A stretch of 64,000 nucleotides of DNA, taken from positions 78,742,001 to 78,806,000 of the forward strand of contig CM052816.1 in the NCBI GenBank assembly GCA_028534125.1, in the 5' to 3' direction. Position 1 is the first letter of the stretch; each line of letters opens with the position of its first letter. Under the pieces are notes generated by a model, which saw only the letters and a list, made by a program, of their open reading frames with translations, was not told the origin of the DNA and searched no databases. Of this stretch, positions 1 to 13,050 are shown piece after piece. The DNA comes from Lama glama (lineage: Eukaryota). The translations under genes were made by a program, and so were the position numbers.

Positions 1-1002
1 CCCAGAATAAATAAGCCATTTGACTAAGATGACATGGTCAGTAAGTGATGTTGGCAAAATGCAGTGCAAACTTAGATCTACCTATTTTCACAGCTGACAT
101 CTTCAAATCAAATCCTTGCCTCCCCCCTCCTTTTTTTTAATCTGAAAAATGAGAGACATAGATCAGAAAGGCAGTATCTAAGATCTTCTTGAACTTTAAT
201 ATTCTCAGCTAAATGTTCTGAGTTTAAGAGAACATGTAAACCAAAAGCATTATAAATCTTAGGTGCTTTATATGAATTCATCCTGTTTCTTCTAATGAAT
301 CCTAAAGTCCTTGATAATACTTATGAAAGCTTGTAATAAGTCATAAAATGCTTTATCAGCGTGGCCCTTGTGGTTTTAATGGCAGGTACTCAATGAATAA
401 TTATCTGAGAGATTGAACCAAAGTTTCTATTTCAGAACTTGGCTAGATCGTGGCCCACTTTGGAGACGTCGTAGGCCTTTCTCATGCCAGCCTGCTGAAG
501 TGACTAGAATAAAGTTCCATAGCCTGTTTTTATAAAGAGGGCAAGGGCATAATGGCAAATTTACCTGCCTAAGAGGTCTTGGTCCCTGGTCTTTTGTTCA
601 GCCCAAACTTCCAGGCATTTCCTGATGAGGAGCTATTCTGTGTTTGAGGCAAACCTTGCAACCCTCCCCCACTCCTGTTCCCACATCCTTCAGAGATTTG
701 GGCCCTGGCTTGGCTCATTCTTTTGTCCTTTGGTATTTCCTGTTGCTGGAGGTGGGAAATACCTGTTCCAGCCTTGCTCCACCAGCGGTGCCCAGATAAT
801 CAGCCCTGGGTGACTGAAGACTGAGCAGGGTGCTGATGCAGACTCCCTTCCATGTGGTGGGCAACACCGAGAGACAACTGTATCAGAAGAACCCTGGAGT
901 TCTGAAAAGCCAGGTGCTTTCTTCTTAAAATGGTAATTTAATTGATAAATAATCATGCAGGCTTTTTACATGTCCAATCCATTGTCATTTAAAGCATCTT
1001 CT

Positions 1003-1095
1003 ATTTTATTTATTTATTTTTAGTTAATTTACAATGTTGTGTTAGTTTCTGGTGTACAGCATAGTGATTCAGTTGTATATATATATTTCTTTTTA
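1003..1095 (-). mobile_element. Short L1 3' end
   Basis: tttacaatgttgtgttagtttctggtgtacagcatagtgattcag motif shared with the L1 at 46875. Confidence 0.8.
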
Positions 1096-1379
1096 CTTTA
1101 GAAATAGTAACTAAAAACACCAGAATCTGTTGCCTTCCCTTCTGGTTATATACATATATACAATTTATTACATATTAATTATTTATTATATATATAATAT
1201 ATTATTTAAACAATAAAATATATTTTAATATATATAATATATTATATATATATAGCTGTGAGTGAGCAGGAAACGAAACATTTTAAATTTTCCAGGCTCC
1301 CTCTGTGCAAACTGTGTCATTCACTTGCTAGCCACACAAACTGCAAAGTCCACTCATCTTTACCTGTGGTATTAGCAGT

Positions 1380-1743
1380 ACTGGGGCAAACTCTTTAAAT
1401 CTCACAGTTTGGGAGAGTAAATTGCTACAACCTCTATGGGATACAAATTAGTGGTAATAATCAAAATCATGAAAATATATACCCTTAGTCTCAGCAATTT
1501 CACTTCTAGGGATGTATCCCACAGATATGTCTTACCAGGGTGAAATAACTTTTATCCAAGATCATTCACTATGCCCATTTGAAAAATGGTATTGAAGGAC
1601 TGGAAACAGGTTGTTGGAAACAGGTTGTCCATCAGTTGGGAAATGCTTAAATAAATTATGGTACCCCCATCCCCAAGAGAAAATGAGCAGGCTCTTCATG
1701 TGCCAGGAAGGAACGATAAACTCCAGGAATATTGTAAAGTGAA

Positions 1744-1783
<40 letters not shown>

Positions 1784-1960
1784 AGAGAGAGAGAGAATAA
1801 ATGTTAATTTATTTTTATACTCGTAAAATAACTCCAAAGGCACAGAAGAAACTGATAACGATGTAAACAGAACCCCTGGGAGACCTGGGTGGGTCGGACA
1901 CTTTCCTTTTATATCCTTTTGTCCTTTTTGACTCTGGACAATGTAGATTTATTCCATAAG
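1380..1960 (+). mobile_element. Old L1M 3' fragment, interrupted by poly-A/(GA)n
   Basis: cagcaatttcacttctagggatgtatcc, aaataaattatggtac and related old-L1 motifs. Confidence 0.65.
1750..1796. repeat. Poly-A followed by (GA)n
   Basis: Directly visible. Confidence 0.95.
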
Positions 1961-4900
1961 TAGCATAACAAACACACAGACAGAAAGGGCCCACAATTTT
2001 AAAAAATCTGACTGAATTCTATTTTCCATCTTTTTTGCTAGATGCCTGGATCTTTCTAAAAAGTCATTTTGGGTCTGGGTTGGTTTCACCTCAATCTGCT
2101 TTAATTTGCTTTAACAATGAGTTCACTTAATTTGGGCCATGGAGAGGAGGGACACCAGTTCTACTCAGATTTCTAGTGAGTGGGTCACTTTCTGACCAAA
2201 TGCCTCTCTTTCTGGAGACAAGGAGGTAAATCTGAAAAAACTCTGAACACAGTCATTATAGGCTCATGTGCTGCTCCAATTAGCCCTCGGAGTTACAGGG
2301 ATACCAAAGCTGAAAACCCACAGCGTACACCCCTCGGCTAAGGTAGGCTCTCTCTGCATCCATCACAATGTTGTGTAAAGCATCCTGATGCCAGAACTTG
2401 CAAAGCCCTGGCAAGTTTACTGAGTCTCAGCTCTGTGTACCGGGCTACTTCATTTGCCTTAAAAAAGCAAATCTAAGGAGACAAAAATAAATACGTAACA
2501 AAAAACAACTTGGCTCATAGGCAGTCTCTTAAAAGATGTAATTTCCTTCACACTCAACACACTTAAGACAGTGGCAGGCACATGTAGCCCTGGGGTTTCG
2601 CTTGACTTGCTATAAAGATGGAATTTCCAGTGATGCAATGTGTCACTGAAGAGAGAAGGGCAGCAATTGTCCATCTTTACTCTCATTAGGGACAAATGAG
2701 CTTCGTCTTACAAGATTCTGAATAGAACGGTCTCTCACTAATAGCCCACTGTTTTCTCTCTGGGAAGCAGCAGCCGTTTGTGGCCTGGAATCACTGTTGG
2801 AGAACTGGAGAAGTCTCTCTGGGGACAAGAAGAATGAAGTTGTCCTCTCGGGAGACAGGAGCTCAGTCTTGAAATTCAGAACTTAAGTGCACCTTTCAAC
2901 TCGCTGCTTCTAAATTTACCTTCAAACCTCTGATAAGAAACACAGAGAAAAAGGAGGGCCTTGCCCCCACCTTATATCTTGACTCAGCCAGGGTCTCTCT
3001 TCCTTCATCTGGTTTTGGGGGTTTTATTCCTCTCTTTTCGGTTCCAAGACCACCTGAGCACACCTGTTGACTGGCCATAGTGTTGAGAATATTCTTGGTC
3101 TAGGAAAGAAGCTCTGGGCCATTTTGATAGCACTAAAGCTTGACATAAACTTCATAATTTTTATCCTCAGTGAGCACAATGGCTAACCTCTGTGCCCTGA
3201 TGTGCTCTGTGTTTCCACATCTCACAGCCCTGACACAGCTCACCTAGTTGCCAGGCCAAATACTTGATGAATGATGGCACCCTAGTGTTCCATAAATATC
3301 AAGAACTCGAACACCTGGAATGTACAGCTTGGAAAAGACAGTGCTTAAATTCCAGCTGCCTCTTCCAAATAGTGTAGGCTTTCCACAACCTTGTTTACTC
3401 TGTAGCAAAAACAACGGCCCGCAATTTTCATCCTCTGATTTATGAAAGGTGAGCAGAAGATGGGAGGGCAGAAGTAGCTCCCGCAGAGGTGTGCCTCACT
3501 TGTGTCCTGCAACATTGCTTAAGAAACATTGGTCATCACACCCAGAGTCAGGAACATGAAGGTCATCAAGAATTCAAAGCAGGAGAAGGCAGCTGCTTGT
3601 TAGATTAGAGAGACTGATTATGCGTTGGGAGATTGTGAATATGGGGGAAAAGGTCCTTGCTGATGAGGCAATATGAAGTCCAGAGACTTGTCTTAAATCC
3701 TACAGGGAGCTGATGGCAGAGCTAGGTCTGTAAGCAGGACTGTTAGCCTCTCAGTGCTTTCTCAGCTGTGTTTCAGACATTCACAGATGCTAACCAGAAG
3801 GGGGGATGAACTGGCCACGGACTTGCATTGCTACAGAGCAGAGCGCAAGGGGCAGTGCTTTGTAAAGTGGAACACTGCAACAGTGGAAGGTATTATTATT
3901 GCAGGTAATTGTTCTGAACGCACCTGCTTACTTGATTACTTACTTGAAAGAGAAACAAATTTGAAATTGCCTGCTTATTTTTATTACATGAGAAAACAGA
4001 AGCAAAATAAAATCCAGAGATAATCTCAGCGCATTAAACCTACTAACCCCTACTTCCAAATAACCTTTACCATCTCTGTTAGAAACCCAGTAACATTCTC
4101 CCCGAGTTTCTAGAACCACTTATCTCGCTGGCCCCTACCCTGATGGGGGTGACAGTTTATGAGCAATAGACACCAAAACGCTGGGAAAACGGAAAAACCA
4201 GGGAGGTGGTGAACTCTCTGAATGGTCCCAAGTGGTATGAACAAAAATACACTACTGGGTATGTTAAAACATTTATGGAAAACGTTTCCTCAGCAGCTTC
4301 CCATTTTCCAGACAGACAACTGCTGTGAGGCGCTCCCTGCACTGAGAGGTCGGTGTTGTGGTAATGCCGTCTGGGGATTGCTTTCTGCTCCCGCCCAGGA
4401 GGCCAAGTAGGTAAGGGACAGACAATGATGGTTTTCCTTACCCCGAGGCTTTCATCTCTGCCTCTCCAAGCCCTTTACACCTATTAAGTCTCTCCCTAAG
4501 ATTCTCCTGGCTTTCTTCTCCAGCCAAGGAAATTGAAGCCACTTCTAGACCTAAACCAGGTGACCATCTTCTCCCCTTCCTGCCCCAGTCCTCCCTCATC
4601 TCTGGGTCTCAGCTGTCTGGCACATCAACATCATCCAACCCGTGTGTATTTCCCCTGGATGCCATAGCACAGGCAGAAGCCAAAGACGAAGGGTTTACAG
4701 ATTCTATGGACATTTTACCTGCCAAGCATTTAAGGACATTATTTAAGATTACATGGTCGTAAGCGGCAGAACTTGGATAAAAATCTTGGCTGAGAGGTGT
4801 TGTAATTGTTCTATTTTACACGTGAAGAAACAGAGGCTCCTTGCCAGAACTGGGACATAAACCTAAGTGTCTGACTCCGGGATCCGTGGCTCCAAATCGC

Positions 4901-6084
4901 TCCCTTACCCCACACTGGACTACATCCCCAGGACAGGAGGCGGCTTGTGGAGGAGGTGGGAGAGAGGGCTGGGGTCTAACACAGGTCAGGGATTTGCTAT
5001 GGCTGTCTCTGACAATTTGTTTATAGTTCTGCTCCCTGGGGGAGAGAAGCAGAGAAAAATCAGAATCTAGTCCTTACCCCCGCCCCCTGTGTCAGTTCTC
5101 CAGAGCAGGGCATCATGAACCCAAATGCCCCTCAGCTCTGAAGGCCTCTTTCCGCCCTCCCAGTCCTCTGCCCGGGGAGCCTCTGTGAGTGACAACAGAT
5201 AGCTGGGCTCTGATAACATCGGGGCAGGGCCTGCCTTGGGAGCCACCCTCCCCCAGCTTCCTGAGCTCCCTCTCCTGATTTCCAGGGAGTGTTGAAGACA
5301 CTACAAATCTGAACCCAGAAACCTGTTCACCATTCAGGATTCCCGTTGTTCAACCTGTGTGGAGATGCCCGCCGCGTGGGAAGCTGAAAGATGCCGGCGT
5401 GGGCACCACACTGACTCGAGCAGTTGGCTCATTTGGTCCCACCAGCGGTGACTTCGGGGCAGCAGCTGATAGTTACCCGCATTGATGAGCCTGTCTGGCT
5501 GAGCTAACTGACTCTGCTAGATACTGTGTTACATGTCCGAGGCTCAGAACACCGCTGCTGCAGTTCTGGGAGATGATTGCTTCTCGTCATAAAGAAGAGC
5601 CCTAGACTTAATACTGCTGTGGGAATAGACTCACTTAACCTGATTCTTTGATCGTTATTCATTTACATTCAAAGGCAGAACCTGTCCTCATTGCATCGGG
5701 GGATGGTAAGACTACCTTCCAAATCTGTTTACGTTGAACCTCTTGCACTTTCTCCACTGCAGTGGCAACTGTATCTCCAACTCCACACATCCAAGATGGA
5801 ACTTATTAGGCCCCCGTCCCCATCTGCTTCCTGTGGTCTACCTTTCCTGGTGGCATCATCACCACTTGGTTACCCAAGTCAGAAATTGGACCACTGGCCT
5901 GCAGTCCACCTTCTCTGTCAACTCACATGCAATCAGTCACCAGGACTCAGGAGTGACCCTTGTAATGAGTTCTCAATTCAACCTCTCCTTTCTACCCCTC
6001 CTGTTGACGTGTCAGTTCACATCACTAGCTAACTGCTGTAATAAGAATGGACATTTCCTGAGAGCAGGGGCCAGCACCCAGAAT

Positions 6085-6310
6085 ACTGTGGTAGATAAGA
6101 GTATGACCTTGGAGCTGGAAGGCTGGATTTGAATCTCGATCAAAATGCATCAGCTGTGGGATAAAGTATCTGAGCTTCAGTTTCCTGATCTATGAAGTGA
6201 GAATAAAAATAGCTCCCTCTCTGGCTTGTTGTGAGGATTAAATAAAGCTAATTACATATAACAATACTTATAGCACTGCTTGGCACCATGTCAGTGTTCA
6301 CAAATGTATA
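6085..6310 (+). mobile_element. MIR SINE
   Basis: ctgagcttcagtttcctgatctatgaagtgagaataa...gttgtgaggattaaat core. Confidence 0.75.
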
Positions 6311-6745
6311 TCACACATGTAACAATAGATGAGGAAACTGAAGCTCAGAGCAATTAAACACCTTCTTTAGGGTCATATGGCAATTAAACACAGCTGGCAC
6401 ATGAGTCCAGATCTATCCTTCACCAAAAGCCACACTTAAAAAGCTTTTCCACATGGTACAGCTAGGGATCCAAAAGTGGTTATTAATAAGAATGTAGAAC
6501 CTCTAAAGTGCCAATGCAGGAAGACATCATATCTGATACAGAACAGTATACGCAACAGTCTCATTTAAAAAGATGTTACAAACTTTCCTGTTACCACCTC
6601 TGAACCTCTTGTATTTCTTTGTCATCTCATTATTTCATCCATCTCTCCTACTAAATGATCCGAGAGCAGAGACTGCCCACTGCATAGAACAGGGTCAGAT
6701 ACACAACATCTGATATTTGTTAAATTGCTGAATAGCATTGAATAT

Positions 6746-6875
6746 TTTTTAAAAAATTTTTGGGGGGTGGTAATTAGGTTTATTTATTATTTTTAGTGTA
6801 AGTACCGGAGATGGAACCCCGGACCTGGTGCGTGCTAAGCACACACTTTACCACTGAGCTATACCCTCCTCTCCC
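6746..6875 (-). mobile_element. Camelid-type tRNA-derived SINE
   Basis: Reverse complement gives gggtatagctcagtggtaaag...gggttccatctccggtac, with A/B-box-like head and A-rich tail. Confidence 0.85.
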
Positions 6876-7240
6876 TTGAATCTAAAAAATAATAACTTAT
6901 TTATTTAGCAGATAATAGATAACAATGGATAATATGTGAATGTGGTAAAATGCATTTAAACTATGTAACAAGTTATTTAGAGGAAAGTAATATTCCTTCC
7001 ATCCCACCCCCCAGATACCAGCTCTTATGCCAACAGGCAGTCACAGCAACCAGTTTCTTGTGTATCTTTTTAGAGATATTATCCAGTCAAATTGAATTTT
7101 AGTGTAATTTAAATTTATTGCTGAAGAGTACTAGGGAATGGTGAGAAATGCTTTTTACACATTTAGTCAGTATGTTTTCTTTCCTGAAAAGTCACCAGTG
7201 TCTTTCTAAGCCATATAAAGAACAACCTAAACATTAACTT

Positions 7241-7267
7241 TGTGTGTGTATGTGTGTGTGTGTGTGT
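7241..7267. repeat. (TG)n microsatellite
   Basis: Directly visible, with one interruption. Confidence 0.95.
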
Positions 7268-9084
7268 CAAGACCAAAAGCAGAGAAAGGTGTTAGTCGCT
7301 GTGTTTGCAAACTCCCTTAGGTAAAGCCACCACCTACCTCTATACAATTCTATTTACAGATTCCCTCCCCTTGAAGCTGATCTTACGATCCATTTCTTCA
7401 TAATTCTTTGAACTGAGATTTCATTTTCACTTGTGCTATTCATTCCCTGGACATGGGAAGAGTGTCATTCTGTAACTTGAATGTGACAAAGGGTTTTCCT
7501 TTCTCTCAGTGAGATGTCTGAGGTCACTCTAACACAACTTACCACAGTTTGACATGAGAAAGTGCTTCCTGGAGGAAGAAAGACAGCAACCACTCTTCTC
7601 GGTGTGGTTTGTGTCAGACAGATGTCTGCAGTAGCCCCGGAAGACACTTCATCTAGTGCTTTAGTGATGAACCATCTTAAAGGGACTTAGGACTTGGCAC
7701 TCCTTCTCCCAGGTTATTAACCTGCTCCTGTTACATTGGCTTTGCAGCCTGGTGCTTTCAGACTTTGATGTTGCTTAGAAATGACATTAGAAATGTCATA
7801 GCATAGAAACAACATCAAATTGCACACATGATTCTATGCCTGTGTTCGTGGAGAAATTGGTATTGAAATATTTGCAATTCTGTGCTTTATTTTGAAAATA
7901 TGGATACACATGTCTCTACTCCTCTTCTATATTTTTCTAGTTCCTTCTTTCACATACCAACTGCATGCTTATTTTATTTCAAAAAGACAAAGAAAACTGA
8001 TTTAACAAAAAAATTCACCCCAATATATACATTTTTTCAGTCTTTTTAAGTGAAAGTAATCAAAAGCTAAGAAATTGAAAATTTTGTAATAGCTATAGTT
8101 CTTTCTTCTCATCTCATCTTTGGTGAAAACAACTATTTTCTTCTTCCTTCCTAGCATCTTTCCTTATGCTGAGGCAAATAAATTAGAGAGCTGATATCCA
8201 GACATGTGCTTTCCCCATTATTTCTTTTAGGGTTGGTGTAAACATGGTACCCAGTAACAAGCTAAATGAGTCTTTGTTTTCACTGGGCCCTCAATGCAAG
8301 AGGCACCAAGAGATAACTGAACAGTTCTTCCCACTCTCCTTAATCTATTTGCTACTAAATTGCGATTCCAAGTATTTGGTGTAGACTCAGTGGTCTCTCT
8401 GACTGTCAATGAGCTCTTTTTATTGGTTTCTTTGTTAGTGCCTTCTTCTTGTTACTTCTACCTCCTCAGTTTCCATTAGTAAAGCCAACCCTGAGGGCCT
8501 CCTGCCAATTTATCTACCCCAGCTCAGCCAACTCATCACAGTTCTCACAAATCTTAGGAAGTCCTCATTGGGCCAGGAAACGATCCCAGAACTCATAGAG
8601 AAAACGGACTCTTAAATCCTGGCGTTATCTCCTTCTATTAGAGATATTATTTCTTTGTAATCACTTAGGAACTTCCTTCTCCATCATCTGCTTTCCATGT
8701 TCAGGTTTTATCACTTTCCATTTCTCTATTTTTCAACTGAAACATTTCTGTCCTAGAAATTGAACTCTTATGTTTAGAACACCATTTTGAATAAGCGTCT
8801 CTGCATCTTTCCAAACATACTCCAGTATCACTGAGCTCTATTATATGTATAAGGTTGTGAAATAAATGGGTATTTGTTAAATGGATGAGAGGGATGTGGC
8901 TTAATCATTTGTAGGAGAATTACACGTTTTCTGCTGAGTTTAACTGGGTAAATCATATAGCAAAATGACAATGCTGTGTGCATGCATCTAACATTGCTTG
9001 GTAATTGGCCTCTACCAAGGCATTGCAGCATTTTTCTTCCTGGCCTCTCTCAGAGGATGTCAACTAGTCAAGAGAGCAGAGGTA

Positions 9085-9335
9085 GGATGGCAGAGTGGTT
9101 AAGAGAATGGCCTCTGGAACGAGACAGCCTGAGTTTGACTTCCAGCTCTAGCATTTACCAGCTGCATGACTTCAGACAAATTGCTTAATCTTTCCATGCT
9201 CAGTTTCCTCAACTACAAAATGAAGAGAGTAATCATACCTACCCACTGCCTTCATAGCTTATTTAAGGATTAAGTGAGCTAATATATGCAAACACCCAGA
9301 AAGTAGCCGTAGTATTATATAAACGTTCACTATTA
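9085..9335 (+). mobile_element. MIR SINE
   Basis: gagtggttaagag...ctcagtttcctcaactacaaaatg core. Confidence 0.8.
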
Positions 9336-10667
9336 TTAGGCTATTGCTTGGCTTGACAATCTTTGTAATTGAAACAAAAAATGAGGTGAGAGTATCGCAT
9401 TTTACATCAACTTCCAAAACAATGAAACATACTGAAATACTTCTTCCAGGAAGGTATTCAAACCGGGGCACCTCCTAAAGAAAGCCATTACTTCTCCGAG
9501 TCAATCAGGACAATTTCTCTTCGAACATCTCTAAAGCTAATTGAAAAGTCATTCATCACCAATAATTACTAAAAGGAGCCAAAGAGGTTGAAACAGAATG
9601 TATCTAAAATCTTGTGACAAACTACTCTTCTACTGTATTCCTATTTGTCTGAAATCTAAGAATCCTATTTATTAAAATAAAATTATAATAGTATTTACTA
9701 CAGAGTCTTCTTAGTTTTTATTGTCATTACCTATTATATTTGATGGAGGTCTTGGCGAACTCCAAGGTAGAGATTAAATCTGTATACAAATGTCTTTTTT
9801 TTTGTGGCAGATTAATAGAAATTTCAATTATAGCACCTTTTTTTTTTTTTTACAACATGGCATTGGCTTATTTGTTTACCAGCCTAAGGATTTCTATGTT
9901 GGTTCAGTCAAAAATTCCAAGCAAGTCGTTTTTTTCAGCTGTATTTTAAAGAAGGATTAATGCCACCCACAAGTAATGAACTGTAACTTTAGATGCCAAT
10001 AAATCAAACAAAACCATGTTTTATTTGGACAGACTGCTGTCAACAATGCTAAATTAGCAAGAGGCCAAAATGGTTCCAAAAAGGTATAGCCCTTTATGAC
10101 AGGCTCTTAGAGGCAATGAATGAGAGGTCTGGCTTCACATTTTCCCCAGTTTACCTTCTCCCGTCACTGGATGAGAGAGTGCGCAGACATCTACATCTAA
10201 GTGTTGATACTCAGCTTCAAGTCAGCACCAGTTAGAATATAATTACTGTTAGGGGCCTGTGTCTCATTTTGGGTGTACTAATTGTGTAAATTAGTTTTAA
10301 GTGAAAGTGACATTGTATAATCATCATATTTTGGCCAAATCTTGCTATTTAACTACTCAGGCCTAACGATTCAATTATCCTCTTTTATCCTATTATTGAG
10401 CTGGAAAAACATTTATTTTCCTTCTCCACACAATTCATTGATTTGCAGAATGCCTAATGATGCTTCTTTTGGATTCCCATGTGCTTACATATATTGCTCC
10501 AAACAGTCATTCATTTAATGGAAAAAAAACTTACAAATTCAGAGAAAAGCCTGGGCTATCATTCTGAATATCTACAAGCAGTTCATCTGATAATATTCCC
10601 AGTCAGAGGCCCCACAGAAACAAGATCCAGTTTTTTTTTTTTTTTTGGTTGTTATCAAATGACTTAC

Positions 10668-10848
10668 CCACAATGACTGCGGTGACAGTGAGCAGCACAA
10701 AAGCATTCCGAAACAGGTAACTTTTAACATCCTCCTTTGTGATGTTCTGCACTTTCTTCTTGGCCAAGAGTGTGCGTTTGCGGACTCCTTGCTGGAATCT
10801 CTCCATCCTGCCTCCCAACCTGGCCTCTTCTCCATTGCTTTTAGTCAT
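10668..10848 (-). CDS. SLC1A3: Excitatory amino acid transporter 1 (EAAT1/GLAST), first coding exon, residues 1-60 plus 1 nt (phase 1)
   Basis: Translates to [60 protein letters not shown](G), the recognisable EAAT1 N-terminus. ATG at 10848; canonical donor G|GTAAGT at 10667; 181 coding nt. Confidence 0.97.
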
Positions 10849-10939
10849 ATTTTACTTCTCTAGAGTGTCTCTTCTTCACACTTCAGTGTCACGGAATCAG
10901 CCCCAGAAAGCCAGTCGTCTTTGGTGTTAAAGAACCCAA
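10668..10939 (-). other. SLC1A3: SLC1A3 exon 2 (91 nt 5'UTR + 181 nt CDS)
   Basis: Minus-strand pyrimidine tract and acceptor ctcctctttctctcccgtctAG (AG at 10941-10940); donor at 10667. Confidence 0.9.
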
Positions 10940-12548
10940 CTAGACGGGAGAGAAAGAGGAGCGTTACAGCGTCCAGGGGTGAGAAATCAGGGCTGCCCCA
11001 CTGCAGGGGAAGCTGTTGCCAAACCGCATCATCTCAACAGGAATCGAGGGCTGGAGAGCTGCAATGCCAGGTCTCAAGGCTAGACTGTGCATCCTTTCCT
11101 TGATCACGTGTGAGACATGTGCATAAATTCAGAATAGGAGCAGAAAGTTGTGTTAACATTTTAAAAAATGTGTCTTTCCCTCTCCAGAAAAGCTACAAAA
11201 GGGCTCATCAAAGCTGGGTGTCGCCCCCACTGAATCCCCCAGAACCTAGCCGAGCGCTCTGAGCGCTGTTTGCACCGTGTGCATCCTTAATAAATATCCA
11301 ATTGAATTGAACGCACAGGAAGTGCTCAATAATTACTTAATGGCTTCTGTTGTATACATGGCAAAGGCATAACCAGGTCAATAAAATGAATTAAGATATT
11401 GAGATTTCACAGTGAGAGCTTTCTGTTATATATAATAAAGGAACTATTTTCTTCATTAAGGAAAAAAAAAAAACCCCTGATAATATCAACCAGTAAATAT
11501 GCTTATGAAAGGAACACAACTACCCCCAGGACTTGGGAAATACTTCTGACTATTTCACATAATAACTTATAAATTTTCTGTATGTGAAATAAGCAAAGTA
11601 GGTTGGGCACATTTATATATTATCTGAAATCATAATTCATTTTCATTTCTGTCGCAAATAGAAGTACAAAGTAACATTTGCCTTTGTGGTACACATGCTG
11701 GAGTCTTCTGAGGAGACTCTCAGCGACTTCTCAGTATTTTAAAATTTAAGATTTCGAGAACAGATGAGATGAATCCAATTTTCATTCCAAACATTACAGC
11801 GTGTGGTTTCTAGTTTCTTTAAAGTGCTCCTAGGTTATTCAAAGATCTCTAAGTAAATCTCTCCTGGGTGGAAATCAGCTGTTTTGAAAGATCAAGGGAT
11901 TGCTCCTGCTGTTTTTAATAAGATTTCGAATCCATAATCCTTCCCATGATAAATCGAAGTAAAAATTAGTCCTGCCTGTAGACTTGTGTATCTGGCCACG
12001 CGAACAGCCAGCGTGTGCGTCCGTGGGGGAGGTAACTAGAAAGCAGGGGACTCCTCGGGAGCTTTTGGCAAATCCAAGAGCGGAGAAAAAAAGATTTGTC
12101 TTAACAGTTTTGACTTTTAAATAAAATTGCAAGTTGGGGTCAGTGATACTAAGACCTACAACTTGTTTAAGGCTTCACAGCAGATGAAAAGTTTAGGGAG
12201 AAGCAAAAAAAGGGGAGACGCGAGAGATCAGATTTTCTTTTCTTCTGCTAATCTCTGATTCCCTTTACCAGTCACTTTTAAACAGACCAGCTCAGCCTTG
12301 ATTCTTTTCTAGAGCTGGAGCCACAGTCTGCCCCCAATCCACCCTGAATGACTCAACTCCAGATTAAGAGAGGACACAGCGTAAATAGACACCACGCCGC
12401 TCGTTGCATTAAATTACTAACGTGGACTTTATCTACCAAAATGGCTAGCTTTTACTCTCGCTACTCCTCTGCTTGGGAAACAGGATCCACTGGCAGAGAA
12501 ACGGAATGAGAAATTAAGCCCCGCAAGAATACAGGACGTTAGACTTAC

Positions 12549-12675
12549 CTTTTCTGATTTTGTAACGGGTGGAAGATACCCCAGGCAATGACAAGGTGAA
12601 TTCTCAGCAGGTAGAGCGGAGCAACCAAGCGCAGCGAGCAAGGCGTGCATGTGCTCTGAAACTGCAAATTACTAT
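12549..12675 (-). other. SLC1A3: SLC1A3 non-coding exon 1 (5' end approximate)
   Basis: Minus strand reads gtaatttgcagtttcagagcacatgcac...cttccacccgttacaaaatcagaaaag|GTAAGT, closely resembling my recollection of the mammalian SLC1A3 5'UTR. Gives a 1609-nt intron 1. Confidence 0.85.
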
Positions 12676-13050
12676 CAGGGCAACTTAAGAAAAGGGGAGG
12701 AGTCTGCGCCCGGGAAAGGGGAGTGGGGAAAAATGAAAACACCACAGGAAAGGAGGAGGCAAGCCCGAGGTTTCTGGAATATTGATTAATCTTGGCGCAC
12801 TAGAAGCCCGTTTGCTGGCTTTGTTTTGCTTCTTAGACCACTTACCCGCTCGGTCAGTTCACTTTCATTAGAAATGCAATACGGGGACCAGGAAGAATTG
12901 ACAAATAAAGCGCACACACACTCGGAAAGCTGAAGTCTTGATTAGAAGGTTTCCAAGAAGACTTTTCTAAAGCTAAATTTAATTATCTCACATTATCACA
13001 AGTTTCCCCCCCTAAGGAAACGCGAGAGTGTGCTCTTTTGCCTGGTTGTA
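12676..13050 (-). promoter_or_regulatory. SLC1A3: SLC1A3 proximal promoter
   Basis: Directly upstream of exon 1, repeat-free and locally CpG-enriched; no clear TATA box. Confidence 0.7.

Larger units (their letters stand above)
1..10667 (-). other. SLC1A3: SLC1A3 intron 2 (partial; exon 3 lies outside the window)
   Basis: Follows the exon 2 donor; no further EAAT1 coding sequence recognisable in 1-10667. Confidence 0.85.

Noticed and set aside
779..795. CTCF-like CCACCAGCGGTG (also at 5439)
   Set aside because: One base short of, or mismatched to, the CCASYAGRKGGCRS core; not supportable without a matrix scan.
1601..1628. 14-bp tandem duplication tggaaacaggttgt
   Set aside because: Ordinary slippage duplication inside an old L1.
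10603..10667. C-terminal part of the 81-aa SLC1A3 ORF ([12 protein letters not shown]...)
   Set aside because: Read-through into intron 2 past the GTAAGT donor.
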